A stretch of 63,895 bases of DNA, filler included, from Octopus bimaculoides (Eukaryota), in NCBI RefSeq assembly GCF_001194135.2. It is 6 parts of 5 records of this genome, joined end to end, with 100 filler letters (N's around TTAATTAATTAA, not from the genome) between each part and the next. Parts side by side here need not be neighbours in the genome. Positions count along the whole stretch, not along the records: positions 40,390 to 62,651 come from NC_068987.1; positions 62,752 to 63,895 come from NW_026349894.1; 4 more parts are not named here. One strand, given 5' to 3'. How positions within the stretch are numbered: the first letter of the stretch is position 1; every line of letters starts with the position of its first letter. The notes beneath the pieces were generated by a model that saw only the letters and a program-made list of their open reading frames with translations, did not search any database and was not told the DNA's origin. The translations under genes and the position numbers were made by a program. Below are positions 51,663 to 63,895 of the stretch, piece by piece.

Positions 51663-51821
51663 GATTTTATCCTTAATAATGGGATTGATTATTGTCTAAA
51701 TGACAAATTCTGATCAAAAGAAAAAAAAAATCCCTCAAATTTTAACCTATTGAAACAAATTAAATATGGAATGCACTGTGAGTATACATGGTGAGTATAA
51801 TTTTCAGCAGCTCATTTCTAC

Positions 51822-51945
51822 AGCTGAGTGAATTGGAGCAACGTGAAATAAAGTGTCTTGCTCAAGAACACAACACACAATCTGGTCTGGGAATTGAACT
51901 CATTACCTCATATTTGTAAGCTGACACTCGAGCCAAATGCCTTCA
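51822..51945 (-). mobile_element. SINE family E, 5' fragment
   Basis: Near-copy of 53915-54050 (GCAGCTCATTTCTACAGCTGAGTGAATTGGAGCAA..TGTCTTGCTCAAGAACACAAC). Confidence 0.8.
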
Positions 51946-52939
51946 TTTGTGATGGACAGTGATATAACTGTTAAATATCTCAAGAGAGGCATGCAAGTCA
52001 ACACCTTCTGATGTGCTATATTTCTATTTAGTTGGATACCACTCTGTTCTCTCTTGGGCAGTGGTTGTGTTGTGACTGCTATGTAACAGTCGAGAATAGC
52101 AATCCATATATGTCCACCCACCAATAACTAGGACAGTTTCTTCAGCTTGGTTTGGGACTACTTTGTGTATTTTGTCATGCTGTTGTTTGAGTGTGACAAT
52201 CAGGTTTCAGCAGTCATTTCATTGTTATGTCTAAAAGTAATGGTTGCAGTTGTAGTGAAAATGGATTAATATGAAGTTGTTTTATTGGATTTAGTAGTGT
52301 TAGCAGAATTTAGTCATTATTGTGTTTCGTGAAACTATATATTTTGTAGTAATGAAGCTATTTTACTATGTATGTGTGTGTATATGTATGTAATTGTGTG
52401 GAAACATTTATTTTCAATATTTGCTGCTTCAACAAATTTGTGGGATTATTGATATCTGGCATAAGGTACAGGGTCCCACAAATTTGGATGGTCTAGTTTG
52501 GTGGTTCTCAACTGGGGTCCATATAACATTTTGTTAAAATTTATGTGCAATAAATTGTTTATACTTTTACAATACACAAAATATTTTAATCATTTTATAC
52601 AATTCCTAATATCTAATTACAAAAATACAGATTTCTTTATATACATTGAATGTCTCTGGAGGTCCAGTAATATAAAATAGGAATCAAAGTGGTTCATAGG
52701 CAAAAATAGTTGGGAAACACTGGTCTAGTGGTTTGCATTTGGCTGATACTTCTTTTTGTTTCATCAAAGCTAGAAACACAAACAGCCAAGCAAGATTTAA
52801 ACTCAGAATTGAAAGCAATGTAAATAAATACTATAAGGAATTTTCTCTGTTGGTTTTTTTACCCACTACTCCACTGCTGCCCAATAAATAATTTTGCCAA
52901 TCCAATGCATTGTAAGTAATTTTGTGAATACATCATCTT

Positions 52940-53167
52940 TTAACCCTTTGGTGTTTAAACTGTCCATATCCACCCCAAATATTTGACCTGTTTTTCACTT
53001 ATACTGGCTAGATCTGGCCTCTCACACCTACCCTACAATGTCATTCTAAAAATAGACAATCACATCATTGAAATCTTGAAGCAATGAGATAATACATGAT
53101 AAATTCAAAACAATGTGAATAAACAAGCATTACATTTGACAGAATAATCTGAATGCTAAAGATTGAA
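52940..53167. mobile_element. piggyBac-like MITE candidate
   Basis: Left end TTAA-CCCTTTG, right end ATGCTAAAGATTGAA (degenerate ..AAAGGG-TTAA). Non-coding interior. Confidence 0.45.
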
Positions 53168-53401
53168 GTAATTTGACCAGTTCACTGTCCTATTTTTAAG
53201 TACCACCAAGAGATACAACACATGCTTGGAGCTGTCAGGAATGCTATAATTGATAAATATTTCATTAGCTTGCAGTACTAGGCTCCAGTTTCCATTGGTT
53301 ACTTGAGTGTGGATGAATGCTATCAGTAATATGTGTGCTCTGTGTGAATTAAATTTAATCTGCAACAAAGTATCACTGTGTGCAGCTATTTTACAGCTCA
53401 C

Positions 53402-53438
53402 CTTTCTTCTTTTTGATTATCTTTGAGATCACAATCGC
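53402..53438 (-). CDS. Candidate 37-nt exon of an unidentified host gene
   Basis: Acceptor TTCTATTCTCTTATCCAG|, donor AAG|GTGAGC. Open frames AIVISKIIKKKK or DCDLKDNQKEE. Confidence 0.35.
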
Positions 53439-53554
53439 CTGGATAAGAGAATAGAACTTAAGTACTCTTCCTAGCTTCATAGATAGCTATTTCTGGATTG
53501 GATAGTATCTTATAATCCTAATTGTTTTATACCCATTTATCTCCTATTGAATCT

Positions 53555-54055
53555 TGTCACGGTCCATGTCATCTGGTATACACGAACAGTGCACAAAGCA
53601 AACAAGCCAATTTAGTTGGTGTGTAATTTTTTTACACTTTGGACCATGGACATTTTATCATGCTACTAGCATTACAGAGGTTGTCAATGACCAGACCAAA
53701 GAATTCATTTTACCCTGCCCTCCTAGATGGGTAGCTTGTGATGTAAAGGGTAAAGACCCCCCTTCGGTCATACCCTCTGAGGCACAAGTCTGAGTAAGGT
53801 TCTTTATAGAAGACCAGCAGTCGCCCATGCATACCAGCCTCCTCTCTCTACACCACTGATATTGTCCAAGGAAAAGGCAAAGGCTGATACAGCTTGGCAC
53901 CAGTGATACCGCAGCTCATTTCTACAGCTGAGTGAATTGGAGCAATGTGAAATAAAGTGTCTTGCTCAAGAACACAACACACAACCTGGTCTGAGAATTG
54001 AACTCATTACCTCATATTTGTAAGCTGACACTCAAACCACTCAGCCATATGCTTT
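53555..54055 (-). mobile_element. tRNA-headed SINE family E with an RTE-like 3' tail
   Basis: Head TGGCTGAGTGGTTTG..GAGTTCAATTC, core GTGTTCTTGAGCAAGACACTTTA, tail GCATGGGCGACTGCTGGTCTTC..GAAGGGGGTCTTTACC. Confidence 0.7.
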
Positions 54056-54077
54056 CACTTGTGATGGAGCTTAGTGG

Positions 54078-54120
<43 letters not shown>

Positions 54121-54236
54121 CACATACACACACACACACCCTTCCTGCATTTATGAATTCCTTTATGTAGAATATCAACTTATACGGTGCTTATAATTTG
54201 TTTCCAAAATGTTCTCATGCATGCATGCACACACAA

Positions 54237-54273
<37 letters not shown>

Positions 54274-54294
54274 AGAGTAAGTGTATAAATATGA

Positions 54295-54812
54295 AGCAAG
54301 GTGGAAAAAAAATAGTACTTGAACACTGGAGGTAGAGTAAGATGCTTTATTAAAAAAGCTGCAGATAGAAAGAGAGAGAGATAGTTTTATTTCTTTATTT
54401 GCATTACTATCTCTGTATCTGCTTACCTGGATTCCTCTTATAGACGCTCTTTACCCTGTAGCCTTAGTCCTCGGTAAAGATTTCAGAATGTAAGTTCAAA
54501 TCATTTGAGTGCTACTGAATGTTTTCTATATTGAGCATCTTTGATTCTCATTTGTTGAACTCTCTCTTTGTGTACATACACATAAGTAAGTAGATAAATG
54601 CAAGACAAAGTGGAAAAAATAGTACTCAAATACTGAAGGTAGAATGATATGCTTTTCTACTAAAGCTACAAAGACATCACAAAAACTGATACTCAGAGTT
54701 TCCCGTTCCTCTTTGTGATCAAGAATTCTTGATCACAACTGTCCAACAAACAGAAACATGAAACTCTTGAGTAATAGTTTTTGTGATGTTTTTGCTGCTT
54801 TAATAAAAAAGT
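54295..54812. repeat. Pseudo-LTR-like repeat: direct duplicate plus a ~160-bp fold-back centred on a perfect 26-bp palindrome (54713-54738)
   Basis: TTGTGATCAAGAATTCTTGATCACAA is a perfect palindrome. Arms ~54650-54712 and ~54749-54810 are reverse complements. GTGGAAAAAATAGTACT..GGTAGA recurs at ~54300 and ~54610. Confidence 0.85.
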
Positions 54813-54844
54813 ATATATATATGTGTGTGTGTGTGTGTGTGCTG

Positions 54845-55080
54845 GTGACAAATAAAAAGGACCATTTGAGTGTAACCGATGCCAGTGCTGCCTGACTGGC
54901 ACCCATGCTGGTGGCATGTAAAAGCATCCACTACACTCTTGGAGTGGTTGGTGTTAGGAAGGGCATCCAGCTGTAGAAACCTTGCCAAATCAGATTGGAG
55001 CCTGATACAGCCTCCCAGCTTGCCAGTTTTCAGTCAAACTGTCCAACCCATGCCAGCATGTTAAACGATGACGATGATGA
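54845..55080 (+). mobile_element. RTE LINE 3' UTR fragment
   Basis: Matches 49930-50113 and ends in a GATGACGATGAT tail. Confidence 0.85.
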
Positions 55081-55084
55081 TATA

Positions 55085-55126
<42 letters not shown>

Positions 55127-56605
55127 AAGTATGAGCACTCTATAAAATAAATATTTTCCAGAGAAGTAGCATTTTGAAGAATACCAACTTATAAAGATAA
55201 AATGAAGTAAAACAAAGAACAAACCCATCATACCATTGTATTACATTGCAATAATAGTTTTTTGGTGAAATCTTTTTTTCACATATATAATATACATACA
55301 TGCACACACACCTCACACATATGGTGTCTCTTTTAGTACACTTTAAAAGGGTAGATGGAGAAAGAGCAAGATGAGAAGAGAAATCGTATATTGATTAATT
55401 TACCTTGTTAATGTTTTATGTAAGATCATATATTGATCTGAATGTAAAAAATTCATTAATGAAGGTAAAAATTGATTTATTCTAACACTTCTGTTTGCTT
55501 CACACATTGGTCACCTGTTACATTTTCCTTTACACTGTTTGCACACAACTGTTAAATCACTTTTAAAGAAAGTATTTATTTCACTTTCATTTTTGTATTT
55601 TAAACAAAACCTTTGTTTCTTCGAATTCGCGGGTTGGATTGGGAGTCCTGAAATACATCTTACACATTTTGATGATCTGTGGGACTAGATCTGAAATTAG
55701 GTGTGAAATTTGGTTTCTTCTCATTGTGTATTTAGCAATTAGAAGTCTTTCTTCACTGCTTTATTTCCAGTTCTTAGCCATCTTCTTTCCAGTTTTCCTG
55801 GGACAGTGGAAAGTCTTTCTTTTCTCAGTTACTTTTCACAGACGTTCCCTCATCATCATCATCAGCTCAACATTCAGTTTTCTCTTCTCACATGGGTTGG
55901 GTGGAAGTTTGTTGAGGTGGATTATCTATGTCTGGATGCCCTTCCTGTTGCCTATTTCTATACAAGGTAATATTTTTCCATGACATGTTTGCATGGAAAA
56001 TTGGAAATGGACACCACTTGCATGACAGTTATACTTGTTTACAGTTATCAGTTGATGTCAAGGCAAGAAGATAGCAGCACACACATCTATATACACAAAC
56101 ATGTACACACACACACACATATATGTATATAAATACAGGTTCCAGCCTATGCCAAAATTCGAGTGCAGAAAATCTTGGTTTCATGACGTAACATCATTAT
56201 TTAGGTTTGGTTTTGTGCAAACAACATGAAGTACGAAAATGTTGTTTATACAGTTGGTGAATTCCCGGAGATAAAGATGTTCTATTGAAACGCCTTATTA
56301 CTGTGATATAAGAAAGCAATTTCCTTATAATTGTCACAAAATGTGTATTTTCCACTGTGAAAATGTACAAAAAAACTGTCAGCTGGAGGAGGAGGGAGAG
56401 ATTGTTGGAGGTTGGTGGGTGAGGTTTCCGGAGGTTGGCGAGAAAGTACTCTGACTCATCGTGGCATTTTAAAGGTGAACTTTATGAAGGCTAATTTATT
56501 AAAGGTAATATATAAATGTAGTATATACGTATATAAATAGATGAACAAAGTGTTTAATGTTTAAGAATGAAATGAAGAAAGTGCAGTAATAACATTCACA
56601 CTCAC

Positions 56606-56663
56606 TGGTGGTCGCTCTCAGTAACTGCCTCTTGCTTTGCTTTCGGAGTTCTTATTTTTATAA
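56606..56663 (-). CDS. Candidate 58-nt exon of an unidentified host gene
   Basis: Acceptor CTGCTTTTTTGATAG|, donor CCA|GTGAGTG, single open frame IKIRTPKAKQEAVTESDH. CpGs retained in a depleted region. Confidence 0.35.
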
Positions 56664-57014
56664 CTATCAAAAAAGCAGCCAGAAGGANNNNNNNNNNNNN
56701 NNNNNNNNNNNNNNNNNNNNNNNNNNNNNNNNNNNNNNNNNNNNNNNNNNNNNNNNNNNNNNNNNNNNNNNNNNNNNNNNNNNNNNNNNNNNNNNNNNNN
56801 NNNNNNNNNNNNNNNNNNNNNNNNNNNNNNNNNNNNNNNNNNNNNNNNNNNNNNNNNNNNNNNNNNNNNNNNNNNNNNNNNNNNNNNNNNNNNNNNNNNN
56901 NNNNNNNNNNNNNNNNNNNNNNNNNNNNNNNNNNNNNNNNNNNNNNNNNNNNNNNNNNNNNNNNNNNNNNNNNNNNNNNNNNNNNNNNNNNNNNNNNNNN
57001 NNNNNNNNNNNNNA

Positions 57015-57130
57015 CAACAGATGCTGGTGTGTTTACATCCCCATAACATAGCAGTTCAGCAAAAGAGACCGATAGAATAAGTACTAGGCTTACAAAGAAT
57101 AAGTCCTGGGGTCAGTTTACTCGACTAGAC
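57015..57130 (+). mobile_element. SINE family A, 3' fragment at a gap edge
   Basis: GATGCTGGTGTGTTTACATCCCCATAAC..GAGACCGATAGAATAAGTACTAGGCTTACAAAGAATAAGTCCTGGGGTC. Confidence 0.85.
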
Positions 57131-57284
57131 CTAACTTGCCACTTACCCACTCTCCCAAACTTGCTGGCCTTCTCCCCCTCTCTCTTTCATACCTACTTCT
57201 TCCTCACTCCTCTCTACTTCCCTCACATATATTCCTCCCTTTCCCGCTTCTCTCTCCCTGGGAGAGGGGTTAGGGTTAGGGTTG

Positions 57285-57395
57285 ATTACATTGACCCCAG
57301 TGCTCAACTGGTACTTATTTTATTGACCCCGAAAGGATGAAAGACAAAATTGATCTTGGTGGAATTTGAACTCAGAATGTTAAGAAATGCAACTA
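57285..57395 (-). mobile_element. SINE family C fragment
   Basis: TTGACCCCAGTGCTCAACTGGTAC..GACCCCGAAAGGATGAAAG..GGAATTTGAACTCAGAA. Confidence 0.8.
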
Positions 57396-58171
57396 AGTCC
57401 TACAAACAATCATTTCCACTTGAGGTGATGTATTTCTGTAATGTACTCCATGCATTGCTTGCAACTTAATGCAAGCATCATATAGTAATCCTATAGCAAA
57501 AGAGCCCAAACACTGTTCTTAAGTTTTATTCATACTTTGATTTACATCTATGCATTAGAACAGTAAGCATACTCTAGTAACAGAAATTTTGAAGGAAAGT
57601 CTGAAGTATGTGTCCTTCCAAATTTTGTTGACCATATTAAATTCACAGAATAGTTTCTCAACTTATTTTCTATTCTCTCTTACAGACTTAATTATTTGTA
57701 TACAACAAATAACATTGTGTTTAGTTTTTTTCTTTTAGTTAAGTTAATTATTAAAAAAAAAACTGTATCATGGCTATGCCAATACCAGCACACCAGATTG
57801 AAGTAGTGACTATCCTATTTTACTGGTATTATGTTGAGTGTTAGACCTAACATGCCACTTACACATCATGTGGTTTTCGAGTGTTTGCAATGGAGATCAT
57901 TTTATTACAAACGTTTGGACCAGATGCCTCTGTCTGCTTGTGTCTCAGCTGCAGACATTCACCAGCAGATGCTTAAGCTGAGCATTAGCCAAGGAGTGGG
58001 GGTGGTCTGCAAAGGTCATGAGTACTGCTCTTATTCTGATTGTTGTGTGTCGAAGTCCCTTTTATAACTTCAACACACAATGTTTTGCTCATTACTAATT
58101 GATGGAACAAATGAGCTTGTGGAAGCTGCTCTAACTCTGTTTAAATCTCTTCATTGATTCAGAACATTAGA

Positions 58172-58903
58172 AACTAGAAAAGCACTTGGAGAGCGCAGAC
58201 CTCTGCCAAGCAGCTCGTTTCCACCCATATACATGCATGCTGAAAATCGCCCAATTTCCCAAATCAACGCTGGCAAAAACATAACCTCCTTGGCGGGGGT
58301 AAAAAAAAAAAAAATAACACAGCCATATGATTTTAAGAAAAAAAAAAAAAACGTTTAAAAGCAGGAATTATCTGAAGCTGTTCACAACCACCATCATCAT
58401 CAGCAGCATTGTCATTGCTTCCACTTCAACCACATACACCGCCATCAATGTTATCATGACGGTTACCTTGACAGTCACTTTCGCCACCACAACCAGTATA
58501 ACCAATACAATACCACCATCACCTCAGCATCACACATCACACCGCCATTATAACCACTGATACTATTTTATCCTCCTTCCATACTTATCTTGACCATCGT
58601 CATCATCAACACTGTCTCTAAACAGCAATGCTGCTGGAGGTTACGTGGAGAAAGTCAAAGAACATAACATTGTAATACTTCATGTAAAGTAAATATAACA
58701 AATGAAAAATCCTTGAAGAATCCATAAAAATTCCTGAATCTCGACCAAAATTTCATTATCTGTTCCTTGTGTCATTACCAACTTTTCCTGCAAGTTTCAT
58801 CTAATACTGTTCATAACTTTTGAGTTATTTTGCACACAGACGGACAGACAGACAGACAAACCAACAGCAATGAAAACATAATCTCCTTCCTTGGTGGAGG
58901 TAA
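58172..58903 (+). mobile_element. Helentron-associated (HINE/DINE-1-like) non-autonomous elements: short copy 58172-58302 and 3' fragment ~58690-58903
   Basis: AACTAG start, subterminal inverted repeats CCTCTGCCAAG (58200) and CTTGGCGGGGG (58289). The second end has (CAGA)n..AAAACATAA..CCTTGGTGGAGGTAA. Confidence 0.55.
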
Positions 58904-59639
58904 CTATAGTGGTTTAAAAACATAAAAAGCCAAATGAAAAGATACAAGATAATTTGGCCTTTTGAATAATAATCTGTTGCTACAAAGTGACCTTGTACAG
59001 AATATAGTTGTTGCTTGTAGTTTGAAGTTAGCCCTAACAGAAGATTTCTGGCACTTATCTAGTCAGCTGAATGACTAACTGCATTCCATAGATCCAAAGA
59101 ACAGGACCACATTGAATATTGACATGCATTAGTTTATTATATGTGGTGCAGTGTTTAAGTTTGAACCTGTTGTCCACTGGTCTAGTCTGTATGTCTCTTG
59201 TTTTTTTTATTTGGCTCCAGGTTGATTATAATTGAGTTGACTTGTGATCACAAGCACTCTAGCCATTATCAGCCCAGTTTTAAATTCTTCTTGCATTTCA
59301 AGCAGTGCACTGATTGCATTATCCATAGTGTCCCTCTCTTTTCAAGATGGTAGAGTGTTATTTGAGAGATGTTTGGCTGCAATTTTTAAAAGATTAGGTA
59401 ACAACATAGAGAATATCTTGCTAACTTGGTAGATTTTGGTGGTGATCACAACAATGCCAGGGCAAGGTGAACTTTGAACATATCTGCTGTTTCATTGCAT
59501 TTATGTGCTGTGTATCAGGATTAACCACACTACTGATAATGCTGCTATTAGGATGTAGTTGTTGTTATTTAACCCTAGGTGAGTCCCAATCAAATAGACT
59601 TATGATCAATGACAATCCATCTGTAATACTCCCATCTTT

Positions 59640-60065
59640 TCAGAAATAGTTTATACAGTACTACATAATCGTATATGTTTTTTTAAACACAAGTGTGATT
59701 TGAAACATTTGGCTGCTATTTCAAACCAGCTGAGATTGAACATCATGGCTGCCTGGTGTACTTGTTGGATGCTGTCTGTAAATGCGTTTGAGGGTGTTAT
59801 AGAAATGTCTTTTTTTTTTTTTGGTAGGGGTAGATATTGTTTGCAATGACAGAGACTGTGATTGTTGAAGCTTACTGCAATAACAAACTGCACACGCCAC
59901 ATATTCAGGTGCTTTTTCAATTCTAGTATTTTTGTTTGTTTCATTATATAGGTAGTCTATGGGTGTTGTAAGTATGCAACCTGTGATGATGTTTTGTATT
60001 CTTTGTAACTTATGATTTGTTGTGGAGAGAATGAGGGCCCAGGTTGGACTGGCACAATCCATGAT
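59640..60065 (-). mobile_element. I/Jockey-group LINE C-terminal relic
   Basis: DCASPTWALILSTTNHKLQRIQNIITGCILTTPIDYLYNET..KHLNM..ITPS. Confidence 0.65.
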
Positions 60066-61703
60066 GAGTCAGTTGTATAGTTTGTACATTAATGTTGTTG
60101 TTTGTAAGTATATTTGTGTGCCATTTGCTATTTTAACTATGTACTGTTAATGCCATAGAGGTGTTGTATTAAATGTTATAAAGATCTTATATTCTTGTAT
60201 TTTGAACTAGTTCTCTTCCAACTGGATGATGCAAAAACATTAAAAAATTTCTAGCTGAAATAAGCATATAGCCTTGGACAAATAAAGTTTCTAAGGTGAT
60301 AATTATGGCAAGAAATTTTATACAAACTTATTGCATTAACCTGATCAGTTGATGACCATTAATGATATCAGCTTGATTTGTACTTGTGAGATATATTGAT
60401 TTTTCACATGCACACAAGGGAATGATAGATACTATGTTAAAAAGTATTAATGACATAAGGGAAAGGGAAGAAAAGAGGATATAGCTCACAATTGGAAAAA
60501 ATGAGTTGTGAACTTGACTAGTCAAATGTTTACCTCAACTCTTATAGTCCTCTCTGAAAATGAGCAATTTCTTACATAAAGGAAGGAAAAATATTGAGTG
60601 ATGTTCATGCTTTTCTTGTGTATTTGTAGTGTTACTTGAAATAGTTCCAACCTACAGCTGAAATCAGGATTGAAACTTGGCTCATCAAAGTAGAAGTTGA
60701 AGCTTATGCATACAATGTGATATTTGTTAGCAGTCAGTACTTAGCTCTAGTTTCATAGAAAGTAGTAGTAGAGAGACAAATCCCTTCAGGCTGTTTGGAA
60801 ATACTAGATAATTTGGTGCCTACCCTAAACTGCAATTTGAACCTAGGCAATGTAATATAGAGTGTTCTGTTCAGATCACAGCAAAAATATCAGTTACAGA
60901 TTTGAAACTCATGACCCATGTGTAGGGAGTGCATTATTTAACCAACTTAACTTCTTTCCTCTGTGCTGTGGTGTTCATTGGCAGTTTGTATCCATTTTAT
61001 TGCACCTGCTATGAACTTGCTTCTGCTTTGTAGAATTTGCTGTAGCCTTACCTCTACAGTACAATGCTCATCTCTAGCTTACCTATACTGTATAACACTG
61101 ACCATAAATTTTTCTCTACTGTACAATACTCGTCCCTATCTAATTTTAACTGTTCAATGCTCACTAGCAAATAACCTACTCAACAACTATTTTAGGTTCT
61201 CTCCTTCATTTAGTATTTTCAAATGTTTATTTTTCTGCTTTTTCTTCAAAATCTTTACAAATACATAATAAAAAAAATCATACCTCTGTTTTTGTCAAAT
61301 ATCTACATATGTGGTGGCTAAGTTTACCTATTAATTTTTATGAACCAGTTGTGACCTCTCCTGTGCAACACTTTGTGGATTATTGTTTGAAATGAGTTAG
61401 TTTTGAATGAGTGTAGACATTGAAGGCACAGCTAGAAACTATTCTATTTGATCCATTACTAATTCATTATGAAGGGGTTGAAAATAACTTATTGTTCCTT
61501 TTTCTTTATAAATCTGGTTTTATGCTTTTGTGGGAAAAAAATAGTTTGCTTATAAATTTAATCATTGTAATAGAGTTTTTTTTTTTTAGAAAAATACATT
61601 AAAATATTCAGTATCACCATCATTGTTGTTTTAATGTCTACTTTTTCATGCTTGTATGAGTCAGATAGGAATACAGTGCGATGAGTACAAGAGTAGAACT
61701 TAC

Positions 61704-61761
61704 CTTATTTACTTGTGTATAAGCTGCACTAGTACAACTCTGGCCTGGAGCAAAGCTAAAA
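61704..61761 (-). CDS. Candidate 58-nt exon of an unidentified host gene
   Basis: Acceptor AATTTCCCTTCATAG|, perfect donor AAG|GTAAGT, single open frame FSFAPGQSCTSAAYTQVNK. Confidence 0.4.
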
Positions 61762-61929
61762 CTATGAAGGGAAATTTTGTACTAAGATTTAACATTATTG
61801 TAAGGGTTCAATTTATACATGAATAAATACAGTATTTTGTTTCGTAAATTAGAGTAAGAAGAATAACATGTCATGTTGCTTCAGCATAGAACACAACTGT
61901 TGTATGGTATGAACTCACGACCAATGTGC

Positions 61930-61992
61930 TTCATCATCATAGTCATCATCATCATAGTCATCATCATCATAGTCATCATCATCATAATCAAC
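61930..61992. repeat. 15-bp tandem repeat (TCATCATCATAGTCA)
   Basis: About 4 units, direct reading. Confidence 0.9.
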
Positions 61993-62581
61993 ATTTAATG
62001 TCCACTTTTTTATGCTTGCATGGTTCAGACAAAACTTATTTTGACCAAATACTCCCATAATTCCTTATTAAGAGGTCATTTTTCTTATAGGAGAAAAATT
62101 GTCCTCTTAAACCTTTGTGGTATTGATATTTTGAACATTTCAAGCAGAATCATCATTGATTATACATACATAAATGGTTGTGGTTTAAGTTTGCTTTTCA
62201 AGTACATTGTTTTAGGTTCTGTATCACTGTCTTCTATTAGAGCCCTAAGCTGACTAGAGTCTTGTGAGTGCATATAATAGACAGAAACTGAAAGGAGCTC
62301 ATCTCTGACTGTCTCTCTCACATGTATAAATGTCTATGTGCATGAGTGTGTGCATGTCTCTTTGTCTTGACATTGTGTGATAGTTGTAAACAAACACTAT
62401 CATCATACAAGCAGTGACATTCATTTGCAAGCCATTGTGTTTGTGTTTGAAAGGCTAGAGGAAATATTACTTTTCTTGGAACAAGTGAGGGTTGGTGACA
62501 GGAAGAGCATCCAGCCTTAGAAAGCCTACCACGGTGAACTCTACTTGGCCTTTGCATGAAATTAGAAGTAGATGTTAAAAA

Positions 62582-62626
<45 letters not shown>

Positions 62627-62899
62627 ATATGTATATATATGTATATATATGNNNNNNNNNNNNNNNNNNNNNNNNNNNNNNNNNNNNNNNNNNNNTTAAT
62701 TAATTAANNNNNNNNNNNNNNNNNNNNNNNNNNNNNNNNNNNNNNNNNNNNAATGTTCTTGTATCTTTCTGGGTGTGTGTGTTCATTCATTTTGTTGCCA
62801 TTGTGGTTGTTGTTGCTGTAGCCATTTGTGAATTACTGTATGTGTGTTTGTGTATATATGGGTTTACTTACTATGTTGTTTGTATCCATGCCTTTTATA

Positions 62900-63895
62900 T
62901 AATTTTTTTCTTTACTTATTTATCTCTATTTCTTATATTTATCATGGGTAAGTGCATGTTTTTCCTTTGTGTGTGTATTACACTGTTTGCATCTGTGTCT
63001 TTTTCCCCACTTCTGTCTTTAGGCATCNNNNNNNNNNTACACTGTTTGCATCTGTGTCTTTTTCCCCACTTCTGTCTTTAGGCATCATGTTGTGTGGTGT
63101 AGTGGTGGGGAGTGTTATTGTTCTATTCCTCTTTTCTGTTGAGGCTCGGTCTGTCTATTACTATGTGTGTGTCCTCTGTAATCTGTCTAAATGTTGTGTC
63201 ACTTCTATGNNNNNNNNNNGCATTGATAATACTTTAACCTCTATGTTATTAACCAAGCCTCTATGTTCTACATGAGCATGTTGGTAGAGCACTGATGAGC
63301 TTTTCTTCTCTTTGAACTCTTGCCAGTGTTCACCTATTCACTCCCCTATGCTGTGTGCTGTCTCTCCAATGGAAGCTGCTGTCATGTTTCTGCACTACCA
63401 CCCAGTACACTGTAAGCTATAGACTACATTCCTAATCTTACAGTTAACCTNNNNNNNNNNCAGTACACTGTAAGCTATAGACTACATTCCTAATCTTACA
63501 GTTAACCTGTGGGTTCGTCCTACATACAATTGTTCTCCATACAAAGGGATAAATTTTACAGATCAGAGACTTTATGGGGGTTCCAGGCCTTTCTGCTATT
63601 TTAATCCATAGATTTACCTTATCTAATGCTTTTCTAAGTAGGTATGCTAGTTCACCATCAGGGTTAGCATCAATGAACATGACTCTCATACCATGAGTTG
63701 GCCTAATCTATCATTTTCCTGGTCCTTTCTGTGCTGTTCTAGAAGTTACTCATGAATAGCGGGCAGATCCCATTTATATCATTCCTATAATGGCCTTGTA
63801 CCTAGCCCTGGTTCCTTTGTACACTCTAATCCAGTCCTTTTGATTGTAGCCAGAGAATCACATGTAGTGGATGAAGTGTTGTATAGAATTAGAAA
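62900..63895 (-). mobile_element. Penelope-like element relic (post-RT region + GIY-YIG), running off the window end
   Basis: FSGYNQKD..RARY, VMFIDANPDGELA..IKIAERPGTPIKSLI, NCKIRNVVYSLQC..SIGETAHSIGE*IGEH..SVLYQHAHVEH, FRQITED..RPSLNRKEE. Confidence 0.85.

Noticed and set aside
54423-54460. Strong minus-strand donor CAG|GTAAGC
   Set aside because: All three upstream frames hit stops within ~45 nt, there is no good acceptor, and it lies within a repeat.
57270-57283. (TTAGGG)2 telomere-like motif
   Set aside because: Only two units inside a SINE-C tail region, too short to call an interstitial telomere.
62980-63510. ~45-50 bp direct duplications flanking 10-N gaps (63028 and 63450)
   Set aside because: Identical sequence on both sides of minimal gaps indicates unmerged contig overlaps.

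Overview
Repeat-dense, gap-rich (N-padded) eukaryotic nuclear DNA, most likely a cephalopod (Octopus-type) draft assembly; the taxon is inferred from the SINE/RTE repeat families and microsatellite load. No complete host gene is visible, and most long ORFs in the track are artefacts of N-gaps or microsatellites. Supported content: (i) two full-length degenerate mariner elements with TIRs and TA target sites, a mariner 3' fragment, a maT/DD37D-like relic missed by the ORF track, and MITEs; (ii) three Penelope-like element (PLE) relics; (iii) CR1-, RTE- and I/Jockey-like LINE fragments; (iv) many tRNA-headed SINEs in several families, provisionally named A, B, C, E and H here; (v) an old mitochondrial ND5 insertion; (vi) candidate small exons in a CpG-depleted right-hand third. 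The most interesting signal is a recurring module: minimal hammerhead-ribozyme (HHR)-like motifs with a short palindromic stem III at the 3' ends of PLEs and of a tRNA-headed SINE. In three cases an ~60-90 bp inverted copy of the HHR-bearing tail lies on the other side of the element or folds back on itself. This suggests a PLE-mobilised, ribozyme-tailed SINE system. All alignments were done by eye, coordinates are approximate unless stated, and no database search was run.
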